Part shown: positions 24,330 through 37,379 of the stretch, piece by piece
Numbering within the stretch: position 1 is the stretch's first letter
How the letters are laid out: the number at the start of each line of letters is the position of its first letter
NCBI RefSeq assembly: GCF_006345805.1
Contig: NW_021835958.1
Span: 148,331-212,330 of the forward strand
Length of the DNA: 64,000 nt
Reading direction: 5' to 3'
From: Octopus sinensis
Taxonomy: Eukaryota
Position numbers and translations under genes: made by a program
Notes under the pieces: generated by a model
What the model saw: only the letters and a program-made list of their open reading frames with translations
The model's database searches: none
Told to the model about the DNA's origin: nothing

Positions 24330-27184
24330 CTCGGATTAGCACACTAGTAAGAGGGCTTTGACGGGAGCCATCATCAACAACAATGGTGGTTTGCCCTCAA
24401 GAGAGCAGTAAAAGCAGAAGCGATTAGGTACACAGCAAAGCACTAGCCATAGATAGAAATAGAGTAGAGGGTGAGCTAGTTAAGAAGCTAGAAGAGGCAA
24501 TTAGAAGCGGCATCGCATCCGACGTTTTGGCGGCGAGGTTGGCCCTCGACCAACACTTCAACGCCAAACACGAAGGATGTGCTGTCAGAGCTAGGATGCG
24601 TGCTCTAAGGAACGAAGGTGTTGGAGCCGCGAGAGAGGCCCGGGTGCAGAGGCGCAACAGGGCAACAAAGCCACCATTCGGTCACTGGTAGATGAACAGG
24701 GGCGCGAATTGCTCGAGCAAAGTAAAATGTGTGAGGCCTTTCAGCAGCATTTTGCCCGACTGTTCGGAACGAGTGGAGGGCAAGAACGTAGGGTGGACTT
24801 CAGTGCCTACCTACATAGCCTACCACGACTCTCGACAAGAAGGGCAGGGTGCTGCGAAGGTGCCATCACGGCGGCGGAAGTGCGGGAAGCGATGGCAGAA
24901 TGCTCGAGGACAAATCACCGGGTTTGGATGGTCTACCCTACGAGCTTTACAATTGTATGCCAGACTTGTTTGGAGATCTCTTGGCGGCGGTGTACTGCAA
25001 CTGGCAGCAAAACGGGAGCATTCCTGGTTTTGTGAGCCGAGGAGCCGTAACACTGCTGAAGAAAGATCTAAACAAGGGAAATGTAATAGATAACTTTAGG
25101 CCCACCACTCTGCTTAATGCAGACTTGAAAATTTTGGCCAAGGTGCTAGCCAAGAGGTTGGCGCTTGTCATCGAGAAACTGGTCGACAAGGCGCAAACAT
25201 GCGCCGTGCCAGGCCGGACCATCCATGACAACCTCCATCTGATGCGTTACATCATAGACAGGGTAGTTAACGAACCTGGCATGGGTGGGGCCCTGATCAA
25301 CTTGGATCAATCGAAAGCCTTTGATAGGGTAGACCATCGATACTTGGAGGCAGTCCTGAGAGCGGCTGGTTTCGGTCCCGTCTTCCGCGGCTGGATAGCT
25401 GCCTTGTACAGAGGCATCCGTTCGGTAATTCGCGTAAATGGACATCTATCGAGACCTTTCGACATTGCACGTTCGGTCCGTCAGGGATGCCCCCTCTCGG
25501 CGCTTCTATACGTATTGACTCTTGAGCCACTACTGCGGAAGCTGGCGACTCTAAGGGGCATCCCGCGAGAATTGGGATGCGGGACGAGCGTGTCTGCATA
25601 CGCGGACGACGTCACCGTCATAGTGTCTAGCCACGAGCACATCGAGCTGGTCGGCGAGACACTGAAAAACTACGAAGCGGTGACAGGAGCGAAAATCAAC
25701 CGGGAAAAGTCAGTGGGCTTGCGACTAGGCACCTGGAGAAGCAAGCCCATGCCGTCCACCAGCGCCTCCGTCGTGGGACGCTGGACCGACGGCCCGGTTG
25801 AGTTGCTCGGGGTCTGGTTTGGTCCGGACCTCCAAGTGGAGAAGAACTGGAACGAGATAACGAGTAGGGTGGTCACTCTCTCGCCCGGCAATGGGCCGAG
25901 AGGAAACTGTCCCTAAAAGGTCGAGCGGAGGTGGCGAACACGTACATCGCGTCCGTCATCTACTACCGCCTGACCGTCGTACCTTGTCCCGACCCTACCA
26001 TCACCAAACTACAACGCATCCTCTTTCGCTTCTTGTGGAAAGGATGCGTCCCGATGGTCAGGCGATCCATTTGCTGTCAACACCCGTTAAAAGGAGGGCT
26101 GGGCATGCCGTGGTTGATGATGCGCAGACACGCGCTGAGACTGCGACATCTCTGGCTCTATGTAGACGACGGTGAACAGGTGTGGTCGCCGTTTGTGAGG
26201 CACGCTTTCCCGCAGCTCGTCTCCATGACCGAACTGCAGTCGTGGATCAAAAAGAGGCCGAGGAAGGGCGAATGGCACCGCGAGTGTCGCGTTGCTCTCA
26301 AGCAACTCTGCCGTCCTGGGTCGACCTTAAGTGACTTCAAAGCATTCTATAGGGGTTTAGTGGAGGGGAGGTACGACGACGAGCTCGGGGCGAACCTGGA
26401 CGTCGACGAAGAGTACCTGACCCGCCTGTTCGGGACGACTTTCGGGCCAGGGCCCATGGACAACTTCCAGAGATCCCTGGCCTGGCAGTGCTACCGAGAA
26501 GCGCTACCCGTTCGGGATAAGCTCTACAGACACGGCTCGAGAACACGGGGCCGACCTGCCCGAGATGCGGTCAGAGCGACGAAACCGTTCTGCACGCACT
26601 CGTTCAGTGTCCAACAATTTCCGACCTGTGGGCTTATGTCGAACAACTGCTGTCACGTGTTGGACGAGTCGGTTTATCAGCTGAGTCTATCGTCAATATT
26701 GTCACGCCTCCTTCCTTCAAACGGGAAGGAAGAGCTATTTTCATCATCCTTGTGGCTATGGCGAAAGAATGTATCTGGTGGACGCGTCTGAAAGGATTGG
26801 AGACAACACACTTTCCTCTCTGGTCAATCTCTCATCAACTTCTTCAAGTACCACTTGAAAGGAAAGTGAGAGTAGAGAGGCAAGTTTTGTCTAGCGAATG
26901 TTTTAAAAAAAGATGGGTGAATGTAGCAAGAATGGCACGTATGAATGACGAAGCGACCTTGAGCATAGTCCTATGAACCCAGAAATCGAAAACAGAGAGT
27001 TGCTTATTTGCAAAAAAAAAAAAAAAAAAAGAAATATAAAATGTGACTTCATTGACCGAGGTTACCGTGGTCTTTTCCGTAGGCTTTTCTTTCCACGGGT
27101 AAACCTCACCTGTCCTCCCCTTTACACTTCATATTGACATTTCTGTGATAACGATCCCTATTGATCAATTTTTTTTCCTCTCCC

Positions 27185-27217
<33 letters not shown>

Positions 27218-27375
27218 CCCCCTTTCTTTTGTCCTCTTTCTCTCCTTTTACGATCCCTTTTGATCGAAACTCCCCCTTCCTTTTTTTTTTTTTTTTTTTT
27301 TAAACCTTCAAAAGAAAAGCTCTACCTTGTAATTTGTTCTATCTGTGTGCAGCCCTGTGTGGCTAATAAAGAAAC
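24330..27375 (+). mobile_element. Tx1/L1-clade LINE copy 3, 5'-truncated and the best preserved
   Basis: ORF 24849-25916 covers RT (FRPTTLLNADLKILAK, DQSKAFDRVDH, VRQGCPLS, YADD). ORF 25931-26791 continues it, and the CCHC region follows. It starts at the position matching nt 93 of copy 1 and ends AATAAAGAAAC into (TATC)n. Confidence 0.96.
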
Positions 27376-27376
27376 A

Positions 27377-27418
<42 letters not shown>

Positions 27419-27426
27419 CCTATCTT

Positions 27427-27470
<44 letters not shown>

Positions 27471-27478
27471 CCTATCTT

Positions 27479-27518
<40 letters not shown>

Positions 27519-27554
27519 CCTATCTATCTCTATCATCTATCTATCTATCTATCT

Positions 27555-27650
<96 letters not shown>

Positions 27651-27655
27651 CATCA
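27377..27655. repeat. (TATC)n array, right flank of Tx1 copy 3
   Basis: Direct reading; same variant units as the left array. Confidence 0.97.
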
Positions 27656-28037
27656 TCTGCGTGTCTGTCTGCCTGTGTGTCTGTCTGTCTGTCTATATCT
27701 GTGCGTGTGTGTGTATGTGTGTGTGTGTCTATCTGTCTGTGTGTGGGCATTACGTGCTTTAATGTTTCAATGTATGCGACTATGTGTTACATATGCATAC
27801 ACTCACGCACACATGTATGAGTGTGTGAAAACACAAATACAAACACACACACGCGCCCACATGTATACTTATTTATGCATATGTAAAAATGTATACACAC
27901 ACATATATAAATATATACTGACATACATGCACACGTGTATATACATACATACATGCATACATACATGAATACATACATACATACATACATGCATGCATGC
28001 ATGCATGCATACATACATACATACATACATACATACA

Positions 28038-28070
<33 letters not shown>

Positions 28071-28447
28071 TGAGTGAGAGGAAAACGGAGAGGTTGAGGG
28101 AGGGAAATGGTACAGAGAGTGCATAGTGTGTGGAAAAGAATTCTAAATTTATCTTTATACGCAAAGTATCAATTTATTGTAAATATGCACACTGTAATAA
28201 GGCCATTGTATAATGAACACAAGAACTGCTCAGCACAATAGATACATTTGCTATACTTGACAAGTCGGTAATAATCGATCGAAACTAGTCGAATAGTTCT
28301 CGGGGTAATTTTGTAGAGATAGCCATATACAATGGTGTCAGTTTACAGAGTATGGCAGCAATATATTTATCATACATACGTATACGACTTTATTCACTAC
28401 ACACACATATATCTTACACATTTATTACTATGATATATATATATGTA

Positions 28448-28478
<31 letters not shown>

Positions 28479-28521
28479 ATGTATGTATGTATGTATGTAT
28501 GTATGTATGTATGTATGTATG

Positions 28522-28555
<34 letters not shown>

Positions 28556-30046
28556 GTGTGTGTGTGTGTGTGTTGTATATATATATATATATATATATGA
28601 GTTCAGGATTCGAGTGGATCAGGTACCTAAACAGTAAAGTTTGGTTCAAAATTAGAGGAACATATATGTAGATTCCGAAATACAGACGGATTAATATTAT
28701 TCCAGTTGCATATAAGATCACAATCATCCGACTGAATATGACACGAATCCCAAGGTTGCACCTGGGAACACACTGCACCAGTTGCCCTACACTTAATAGA
28801 CTCAAGATCGGCGCTAATTGCACTTTCCGAGTAAGGTGGGTAACAACCAAACAGCAACAGATAGAAATCGGTTCATTCACTCCAGTAGTTTCAAACGAGT
28901 TGATTTTATTGATCAATAGAGTTATTACATCGTGCGAAAAAAACCGTTTTCATCAGGTGTATATACACGAATTAAGCGTTAAAAAAAATATTCCAAGAAT
29001 CAACATTATGTGCCAGTTCATGATTCCTAGTTAGCTTCTGCCAATGATTCTGTTGTTATTTGTTATATATTGTAGCAATATTGCTATCTTCATTGCTATC
29101 TTCACTGTTTGAGAAGAACATTAGGAATGATCTCGTTTGAGATTACAAACATTTTTGGCTAGTTTAACCTTGTTGTGTCCACTGATCTGATTGGTTAGCA
29201 TCTAAGCGCGGTCTGTCTCTCTACTTATTTCGCGCCAGTGTGTAAACTGACCAATCACGGCTTTAGGATAGGACCTTTTATTTGAGCCATCTTAACTCCA
29301 TAAATAGGCTGATTATTTCATGATTCACCGTCTTTCGGCTTAAAACCTTCTAAGACCACACAGCTTACTCAACCACCGTCTTTCGGCTTAAGATCTTTTA
29401 AGGTCTTGGTCGGAGACCACACAAAGCTTACTCAACCATGTTCCAGTTCGAAAGGCAGACGACATCCAAGTCAACCACAATATGAAGACGCTATTCTAAA
29501 CCAGCGACAGACAGAACGTCATCACCAGCATCGTCTCTATCTACGAAGATTTCAACTTGTACACAAGATAAATATAGATTCAACTCATGCTGTTAGTGTG
29601 AAAACGTCACCACGGAAAAACAGTTGCAGTATATATATCTGAAAGAATATCTATATCAAGAGAAAAATATGCGCAACAAGTGATTCAACTAATCTCCGCT
29701 CCGAGACTCAAATCTTGTTATAGAACTCATTATCGTGTACTATATGAACTGGTAAAATAATTCTAAAATAACTCCATTTTAACTCAAATTGTTGAGACTT
29801 TTCTTATGCTCTGTTGTATTCGCATGCACCTTATTCTGTACTTTTGTCGCACACACGAACACACAGACACATATATTATAAGCATGCATTCATGACACAA
29901 CACTACGCTAATAATCACAAATCACTTTGTACACTGTGAATAAAATCTATCTTCTCTTTATAAAAGTAGAACGGTTTCTGGCGTCCTTTAATCATTTACT
30001 TTGGCACTGTATATAAACATGACATATGGCTTATAACAATATGTTA

Positions 30047-30122
30047 TGTTAGGATGCGGCCGTGCGCTGTACAAGTGGAGAAATATGTCACCAAACTCCT
30101 CACGTACGGTCGTATTCTAACA
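30047..30122 (+). other. 76-nt hairpin / mini inverted-repeat element (20-bp arms)
   Basis: TGTTAGGATGCGGCCGTGCG pairs with CGTACGGTCGTATTCTAACA: 16 Watson-Crick plus 4 G-U pairs. Confidence 0.7.
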
Positions 30123-30208
<86 letters not shown>

Positions 30209-30652
30209 TGTGTTTGTGTATTTTCCTCCACCACCGGTTGACAACCTCTGTTAGTGAGTTTATGTCTCTGCAATCAAGCATTGCGGCAAAAGGGGCCGAT
30301 AGAACAAGAACCAGGCTTTGAACAAGTAAGTACTGGGTCCATTTGTTCGGCTGATATTCTTAAGAGAGATGCCCCTGCCTGGTCACAGTATAATGACTGA
30401 ATCATTTAAAAGATAACAGATACACACATATACACGTACGGTGAGTGTGTTAAATTATAAGGCACAAAAAGAAAATTACTCTCCCCAGACACAACAGAAT
30501 ATGCTTCAAAACACGAACTCATATAAAGAATCTTGCAAGCCAAATCCCAAAATGAAATATGTATATACATATATATATTTCGTTTTACCGGTGAGTGTGT
30601 TAGATTATAAAGCAAAAAAAAAAAAAGAAAATGACTTTCCCCAGACACAACA

Positions 30653-30699
<47 letters not shown>

Positions 30700-30700
<1 letters not shown>

Positions 30701-33697
30701 TAGCAAATTCACCCGTCTTTTGGATGGTGTAATTTATTATAATGGTGTTCTCCTGTGGACGGTTTAAGTTGAATTAGTCTGCAGTTAGAAGTCGTTGATA
30801 AACGTAAAATGTATTATTACCATTTTCGTTAGTAGTTTATGAGATGGTATTAAGGAACTTAGGGATTGAATACATTTTTTGAATACAAATTTGGCAGTTA
30901 GTAATAAATGAAAGTCCATGAAATATGATCGCAATTGCAGTAGGCATTAGAGATCCTATATTTTGCTTGAAGTGTTTTGTATCATATACTTATTTTTCTC
31001 GTAATGCCTGACAAAACCGCGTTGAAGCTTTTTTCAATGAAAGTCATGTGTGATAAAGAAAAGCAAACATTTATAGCAAACACACAAATAGAATAATGGC
31101 CTATATAAAAATGTCAGAGCATGCTTATGTGTGAACAGTGTGCGTGAAGTAAGAAGGGTCATTGAAGGCAATGTACTGTTAACAGCAATCACGGAAATGG
31201 AGCAAAATATCAATGAAATGCTTGCAGGAAGTCTGATTGCTAATGGCAACAGTTTGGCGAAGACGTGAAGAATGCACTAGAGAAGTAACTACTGTAGGGC
31301 TGCTTTGTAGATGACATTTTTGTGTTCCTCCTTCAGGAGCATAAGTTGCCTGGATGGTCAGTTCTGGAACAACCGAGGTAGAACTGTCCATGTGAAAATC
31401 ACGATATTCGAAGGTCCAATCCGACAACTTTCAGCGACTGACCTTGTGCTTTGTTAATTGTCATGGAGAAGCTGAGTTTTAGAGGGAACTGCATTCTCTG
31501 CACAGGGTAGGGGCAGTCTGTTGGGGTTAGCGGAATTTTCGGAATGAAAACGGTATCGTTTTTGCCGTGTCCCGTGATAATTTGGGCTTCAATGACGTGG
31601 TCCATCATTTGTTTGACCACTAGGCGAGTTCCATTGCATAGTATGGGCGCATTTAGATTTCGTAGGAGGATGACAGGGCAACCGACTTTTAAGTGAAGTT
31701 CATGGGGAGGGAGTCCTGGAGGATCTTGGGAGTTGAGAAATTCTGTTGGAAAGTGTGTAACCTGATCGAGGCCAGTAACCTTGTCAACTGATCTATAACA
31801 ACGTTCTTGAGAAGGAAGCTGACTGAGTAAGTCGTAGTTAAGAGTTTCGACAGCTGCATTTGTAGGTGCAAGAACAACCCTGTTGCGAAGCCAACCTGGT
31901 TTTGTGTATTCCGTTATAAGATTTGGGTAAACGGCAAAACAAATCATCAGAGATGTATTCACCTTGGCCAATGGTGGTAGTGTCAACGTATCTGTTGTCA
32001 TCGGACGTAAATTTGACCATTGCCAATTTTAAGGAGCATTTCTGAAAACTGGGTTGTAGAATAGGCCATTATTCTACAACCCAGTTTTCAGAAATGCTCC
32101 TTAAAATTGGCAATGGTCAAATTTACGTCCGATGACAACAGATACGTTGACACTACCACCATTGGCCAAGGTGAATACATCTCTGATGATTTGTTTTGCC
32201 GTTTACCCAAATCTTATAACGGAATACACAAAACCAGGATTGACCTCATGTTGATGGTGAGTTGTTTCAATGGGCATGCAATCAAAGAAGAGATTTTTTT
32301 TAAAGCAGGCATTAAGTTCAGCACCGAGTGTACCTTTGGGTATAATAGGCATAGTTTGTCGAAAATCTCCTGCAAGAAGTAGAGTCGCACCTTCAAGGAT
32401 GTTGTTGTTGGCTCTAAAGTCTCTCATTGTGGTATGAAGTGCTTGTAGGGAACATTTATAGGACATAGTTACTTCATCCCAAACAATGAGTTTGTACTTA
32501 TTCAAAATTGTCGCTTCGTCCGAGGAATGTATTATGTGGCACGTTAGGTTTTCTTGATGTGCTACATTGAAAGGCAATTTGAAGGTAGAGTGTGCTGTGC
32601 GTCCACCGTCGAGAACAGTCGAGGCTATTCCTGGGGAGGCAACAGCAATAGCAAAGTCACCATTATGCTTCAACTTCGCAAGAAGAAGATTCAGGAGGAA
32701 TGTTTTCCCAGTCCCAACGGGTGCGTTTAAGAAGATGATTCCGCCAGTGCGTGTGTTGATGTTTCCGAGGACGAAATTGTATACGTCAGCTTGATCGGAA
32801 TTCAGAAGCGGCTCGTTGTCAGCAATGTATTGTTTGAGTTTGTGGATGTTATAGAATGTTTCTCTGAGAATGAGGCGATTGGGACAGACGTCTTCATTTC
32901 TGTCTGGACTGTTGAGAGAATAAGCGTCTAATCGTTGACCTCCAGTTGCCATAACTAAGTCTTCCAAGAAAAGAAGCCTTCGGTTGTAAATGGCAACGGA
33001 GTGTCAACCCTACTTGTGATTTGGCGAGTCTGGAATAAATACAAAGAGTCAATGTGCCATGATATTTCGCTGCAAAGTGAATGTGCATCTGTCAGGTTGC
33101 GGAAAACCAGCATTATTGCAAAACGGTGTCGGAGCTTGTTCAGAGGACGACACAGAAAGGCCACTTCGAGTGCATTATCATATGTGCAGTATCACATTGC
33201 TCTGTAACCAAAAGTTCCCTTTTGGAGCAAGCGTCTTCGAAAGTGCCGCATAAGTGGTCGTCTACCGTGCAAAAGTCGTCGAAGGAGGTTGGTCCATTAA
33301 TGACATGAAATAATAGCCGCAGATGTAAGCAGTCAGAGTTCAAGGGGTAAACTGTGTAGACGTGTCTGATTGTGTTGTCTTTGTACACGGCTGAATCCAT
33401 CCGCGTAGGCGGGCTTTGTTTTCGTCGTTTCCACTGGGCGACAATCATTTCTGAATGTTACTTCGCAAAGAGTTACCTCCCTTGTCCACAATAGTTACCT
33501 TACAAGGTTTTTCTGACCTTCTGACCTAGAATTCCCGTTACTTCATATTACTCCATAAGTGAAAAATCTTAAGAGTATAGAATCATCTGTGGAACATAAG
33601 TGATGTGTGTGCCAAGCATGAATGAAATCGGATGAAAAGTTGATTTTAAGTGGAATCAAGTAAATGGCCTGTCATACACACACGTCTTCTGTCTCAT

Positions 33698-33700
<3 letters not shown>
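30700..33700 (-). mobile_element. Helitron relic (Rep C-terminal region and PIF1-family helicase)
   Basis: 33140-33448: VYTVYPLNSDCLHLRLLFHVINGPTSF. 32203-32967: NAPVGTGKTFLL, IVWDEVTM, LAGDFRQ. 31399-32001: GPVILLRNL-like GCPVILLRNLNAP, FSMTINKAQGQSL. The 3' end has an imperfect hairpin plus CTAG (30700-30703) before T. The 5' TC is lost in (TA)n. Confidence 0.92.
31895..32238. repeat. Perfect fold-back duplication inside the Helitron helicase: 169-bp arms (31895-32063, 32070-32238), 6-nt spacer
   Basis: Arms read as exact reverse complements; ORFs 31838-32026(-) and 32107-32382(+) share the same N-terminal translation. Confidence 0.95.
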
Positions 33701-33774
<74 letters not shown>

Positions 33775-35269
33775 ATATATACATAAACATATACATATAC
33801 GCTTACAAATTCCAAAATACTTGCAAGCTCACATATTCACATCAGAACACGTTCTTATACACGCACACGCAAGTATATACACTGTCACACATATGTGCTA
33901 GTAATAAATTCATAAAGTGCCACCACCACCACCACCACAAAACATCATCTCCTAGCAGACAGTGATAAACATATCATATAGCAATATCATTAACCTATGA
34001 GTATCTTCTATTCCTTTGTACTTTAACAATTCATTGCAATCATAGATTGTCTTTCCTTGTCAAATTTAATATCAACTTGGATTTTATTTTATGTAGCAGG
34101 GGCGGGTATATTATTCTTTTCTACTACTGGCTTAAGACCTGAATTTGAACTTAAAACTTAAAGATGGACGAAATGCCGTGAAGCATTTTGTTCAGCTTGC
34201 TAACAATTCGAGCACACCACCTTAGGAACCGGGTATAAGCATTGGAAATATTTAAGCAGATTGTTGACAAAATATTTTATTAAAAATAACTTAGCTAAAA
34301 CCCGAGTATATAATTTGAAATAATTCTTTGTTGATGTTTAAATGCAGATTAGCCGGATTAAATAAACAGATCAAATGCACTCTAGCCAATCATGACGATT
34401 CCTCTCTTTTCAAGGTATTTGGTGTTCCATAACAAACTGTATTATACAAAGTGTTTTCATTTTCTATACTCGTTGGGATTTGATTTTTTGACGCGTTTAT
34501 CCGTTAATTCTCGCTTCATAAGGTCTAACATTAAAGCATGAGGATGACTTTCAAAAGTAAAACATAGAATAAGGAAGTACAAGACTCTGATATTGCCGGC
34601 TGTTTTTCATCGACTTTGCTTTGAGTAGAAAGATGATTATATTATGTCTGCCATGATCATTGTATCTTATTTTTTTTGTTTTGTGTTGTGATGAGCATGG
34701 TGCACATATTACTATATCTATCCAATATAGCCTACAGTTCTATACAGTTATAGTTAATCAATATCAGGTAGGTCCTTCAGCTGCATGGATGCTTCGTGGT
34801 GTATCCATAAGTAAATAAGTGGTAAGTATACGTGAGGCCAGATACTTGCTTCTGGAAACAGTCCAAACATAGAAAAGGTAGCTAAGTTGCATCAACAATT
34901 CCGTTGACAAACGGCGCAAAAAGCTAATCAAAATGAATGAAAGACAAAGTTGACATTACGAGAGATTTAAAATCAGGAGAGAAGTCCTGAACAAATAAGA
35001 CACTGTGAACAATTTTAATTCGTCCTCAAAAAGCTCTCAGCTAAAAAGTAGAAAAGAGAAATGCTGCAAAAGGCCAAGAAAAAGGATTCAAATCCTTAAG
35101 AGATGTCGTTGAATGGAATAAACGGAAACAGAAAACTAAGCTCAACTAATAAGGTTTGATAGCATATCAATGATTTTTGCAGGGGCAAGATATTGTAGAA
35201 AGGTGTGGTCTTGCTTGGTATGAGGAAAGGAAATATGTCGTAATCTAAGTCTGTAGATTTTTATACATT

Positions 35270-35323
<54 letters not shown>

Positions 35324-35581
35324 ACACACACACACACATCTATAAGAATTTTTTTAAAAATCATAAGAAAAGGAAAAGAAAACACTGCTTTATTGCTATG
35401 ACCATGTGTTGGATATGCACTATAACAACAACAGTATAAGGTTACACTATTGCACATAGCAGACCACAGATGGAGAACACTTGGGGCAGGCGATGTGTTA
35501 TATAATGGTGAGAACATAAATTACATCTATATTCATACATTCATGTGTGTGTGATGTCTGACTCTCTCTCCCCACTCGCTC

Positions 35582-35653
<72 letters not shown>

Positions 35654-36242
35654 TAAATGCATGTACACACACATACATACATGTACACACACACACACAC
35701 ATATATATATATACACACATTTACGTATGTACGTATAAGTATATATATATTACATATATGTTTATATTTTTGCATGTGTTTCTATCTATATTTATCTCTC
35801 TCTTTCTTTCTCTCTCTCTCACACACGCATATATATATACATACACAGACGGTCACACATACAGTATATACATTTAGACATATTTATATAAATATATCAA
35901 TTAATCACATCCATCCATTCATATAATATACACATGTGTAGAAAAAAGCACACACACGCACACATACTTAAAATTCAATATATCGTGTAGGTGTGGACGG
36001 ATACATGGAAACTAAATAATGACAAATTAGGATAAACGGCGGTTAACAGAAATGAAAACAAGGGGAGAGAACAGAGAGCTATCACGTGGAAATACCACCC
36101 ACATCACCATCAATAGCAACAGCATTAGATATACTCAACACCGATATCATTATATCTTTACTAGAAAAAGATAACATCCTGATCACTCCTATCGCAGTCA
36201 CGCTGAAACAATAATACGTGTATATGAAGAAATAAGCATACA

Positions 36243-36682
36243 GGCGCAGGAGTGGCTGTGTGGTAAGTAGCTTGCTAACCAACCACATGGTTCTGGGTTC
36301 AGTCCCACTGCGTGGCATCTTGGGCAAGTGTCTTCTGATATAGTCCCGGGCCGACCAATGCCTTGTGAGTGGATTTGGTAGACGGAAACTGAAAGAAGCC
36401 TGTCGTATATATGTATATATATATATATATATATAATATATGTATGTGTGTGTGCGTGTATGTTTCTGTGTCTGTGTTTGTCCCCCTAGCATTGCTTGAC
36501 AACCGATGCTGGTGTGTTTGCGTCCCTGACACTTAGCGGTTCGGCAAAAGAGACCGATAGAATAAGTACTGGGCTTACAAAAGAATAAGTCCCAGGGTTG
36601 AGTTGCTCGACTAAAGGCGGTGCAGCAGCATGGCCGCAGTCAAATGACTGAAACAAGTAAAAGAGTAAAGAGAGTAAAGAGT
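36243..36682 (+). mobile_element. tRNA-derived SINE family 2, full length, with internal microsatellite
   Basis: A-box TGGCTGTGTGG, B-box GGGTTCAGTCCC, TCTTGGGCAAGTG core-like segment, (TA)/(TG) insert, and a tail ending in AAGAGTA repeats. Confidence 0.92.
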
Positions 36683-37018
36683 ATACATACATATATATGT
36701 GTGTGTGTGTGTATACACACACACACGCGCGCACACACACGCGCACAACACACACACACACACATATATATATATCTTGCCATCTACCTACCTATCTATC
36801 TATATATTAATAATATAAGGGTAAATAATTATTAATTTTAAAATCAGCAATTATTACCTAGTATTTTTCGGTATAGAAATATAACCATTATCGGTAGGAA
36901 CTTTTACATGTGAGTTACATATATGTTATATGTGGAGTTATATTTGTAGAAAATAGAAATATGCGGTTGGTGACTGCTATTTCTAAATTTTCGGTATGTG
37001 GCTAAGCAACCTGTTGCT

Positions 37019-37099
<81 letters not shown>

Positions 37100-37379
37100 T
37101 ACATACATACATACAACATACATACATACATACATACATACATACATACCATACACATGCATATCTCCAACATATTTATCACACAATTGTCACACAACAT
37201 ATTTATCACAAGATTATAGCAATAAACAAGCAATTCGTCTCCATGAAGAGCTATGGAACTATCTATTTTATTTGACGTAAAGAATAAATTTAGAAAATGA
37301 ATTCTAAAACACAAAGCAAGAAAGAAGTTAAAAAGACATTTAGGACAAGTTGATAGATTGAGAAGAAAGGAATTGCAGA

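Noticed and set aside
24849-26791. Tx1 copy 3 as an active autonomous element
   Set aside because: 5'-truncated (no ORF1 or endonuclease) and frameshifted. Some frameshifts could be sequencing errors, but the truncation alone rules out autonomy.
29325-29440. Repeat-spacer-like direct repeats as a CRISPR array
   Set aside because: Only two units, overlapping repeat types, eukaryotic context, no cas genes.
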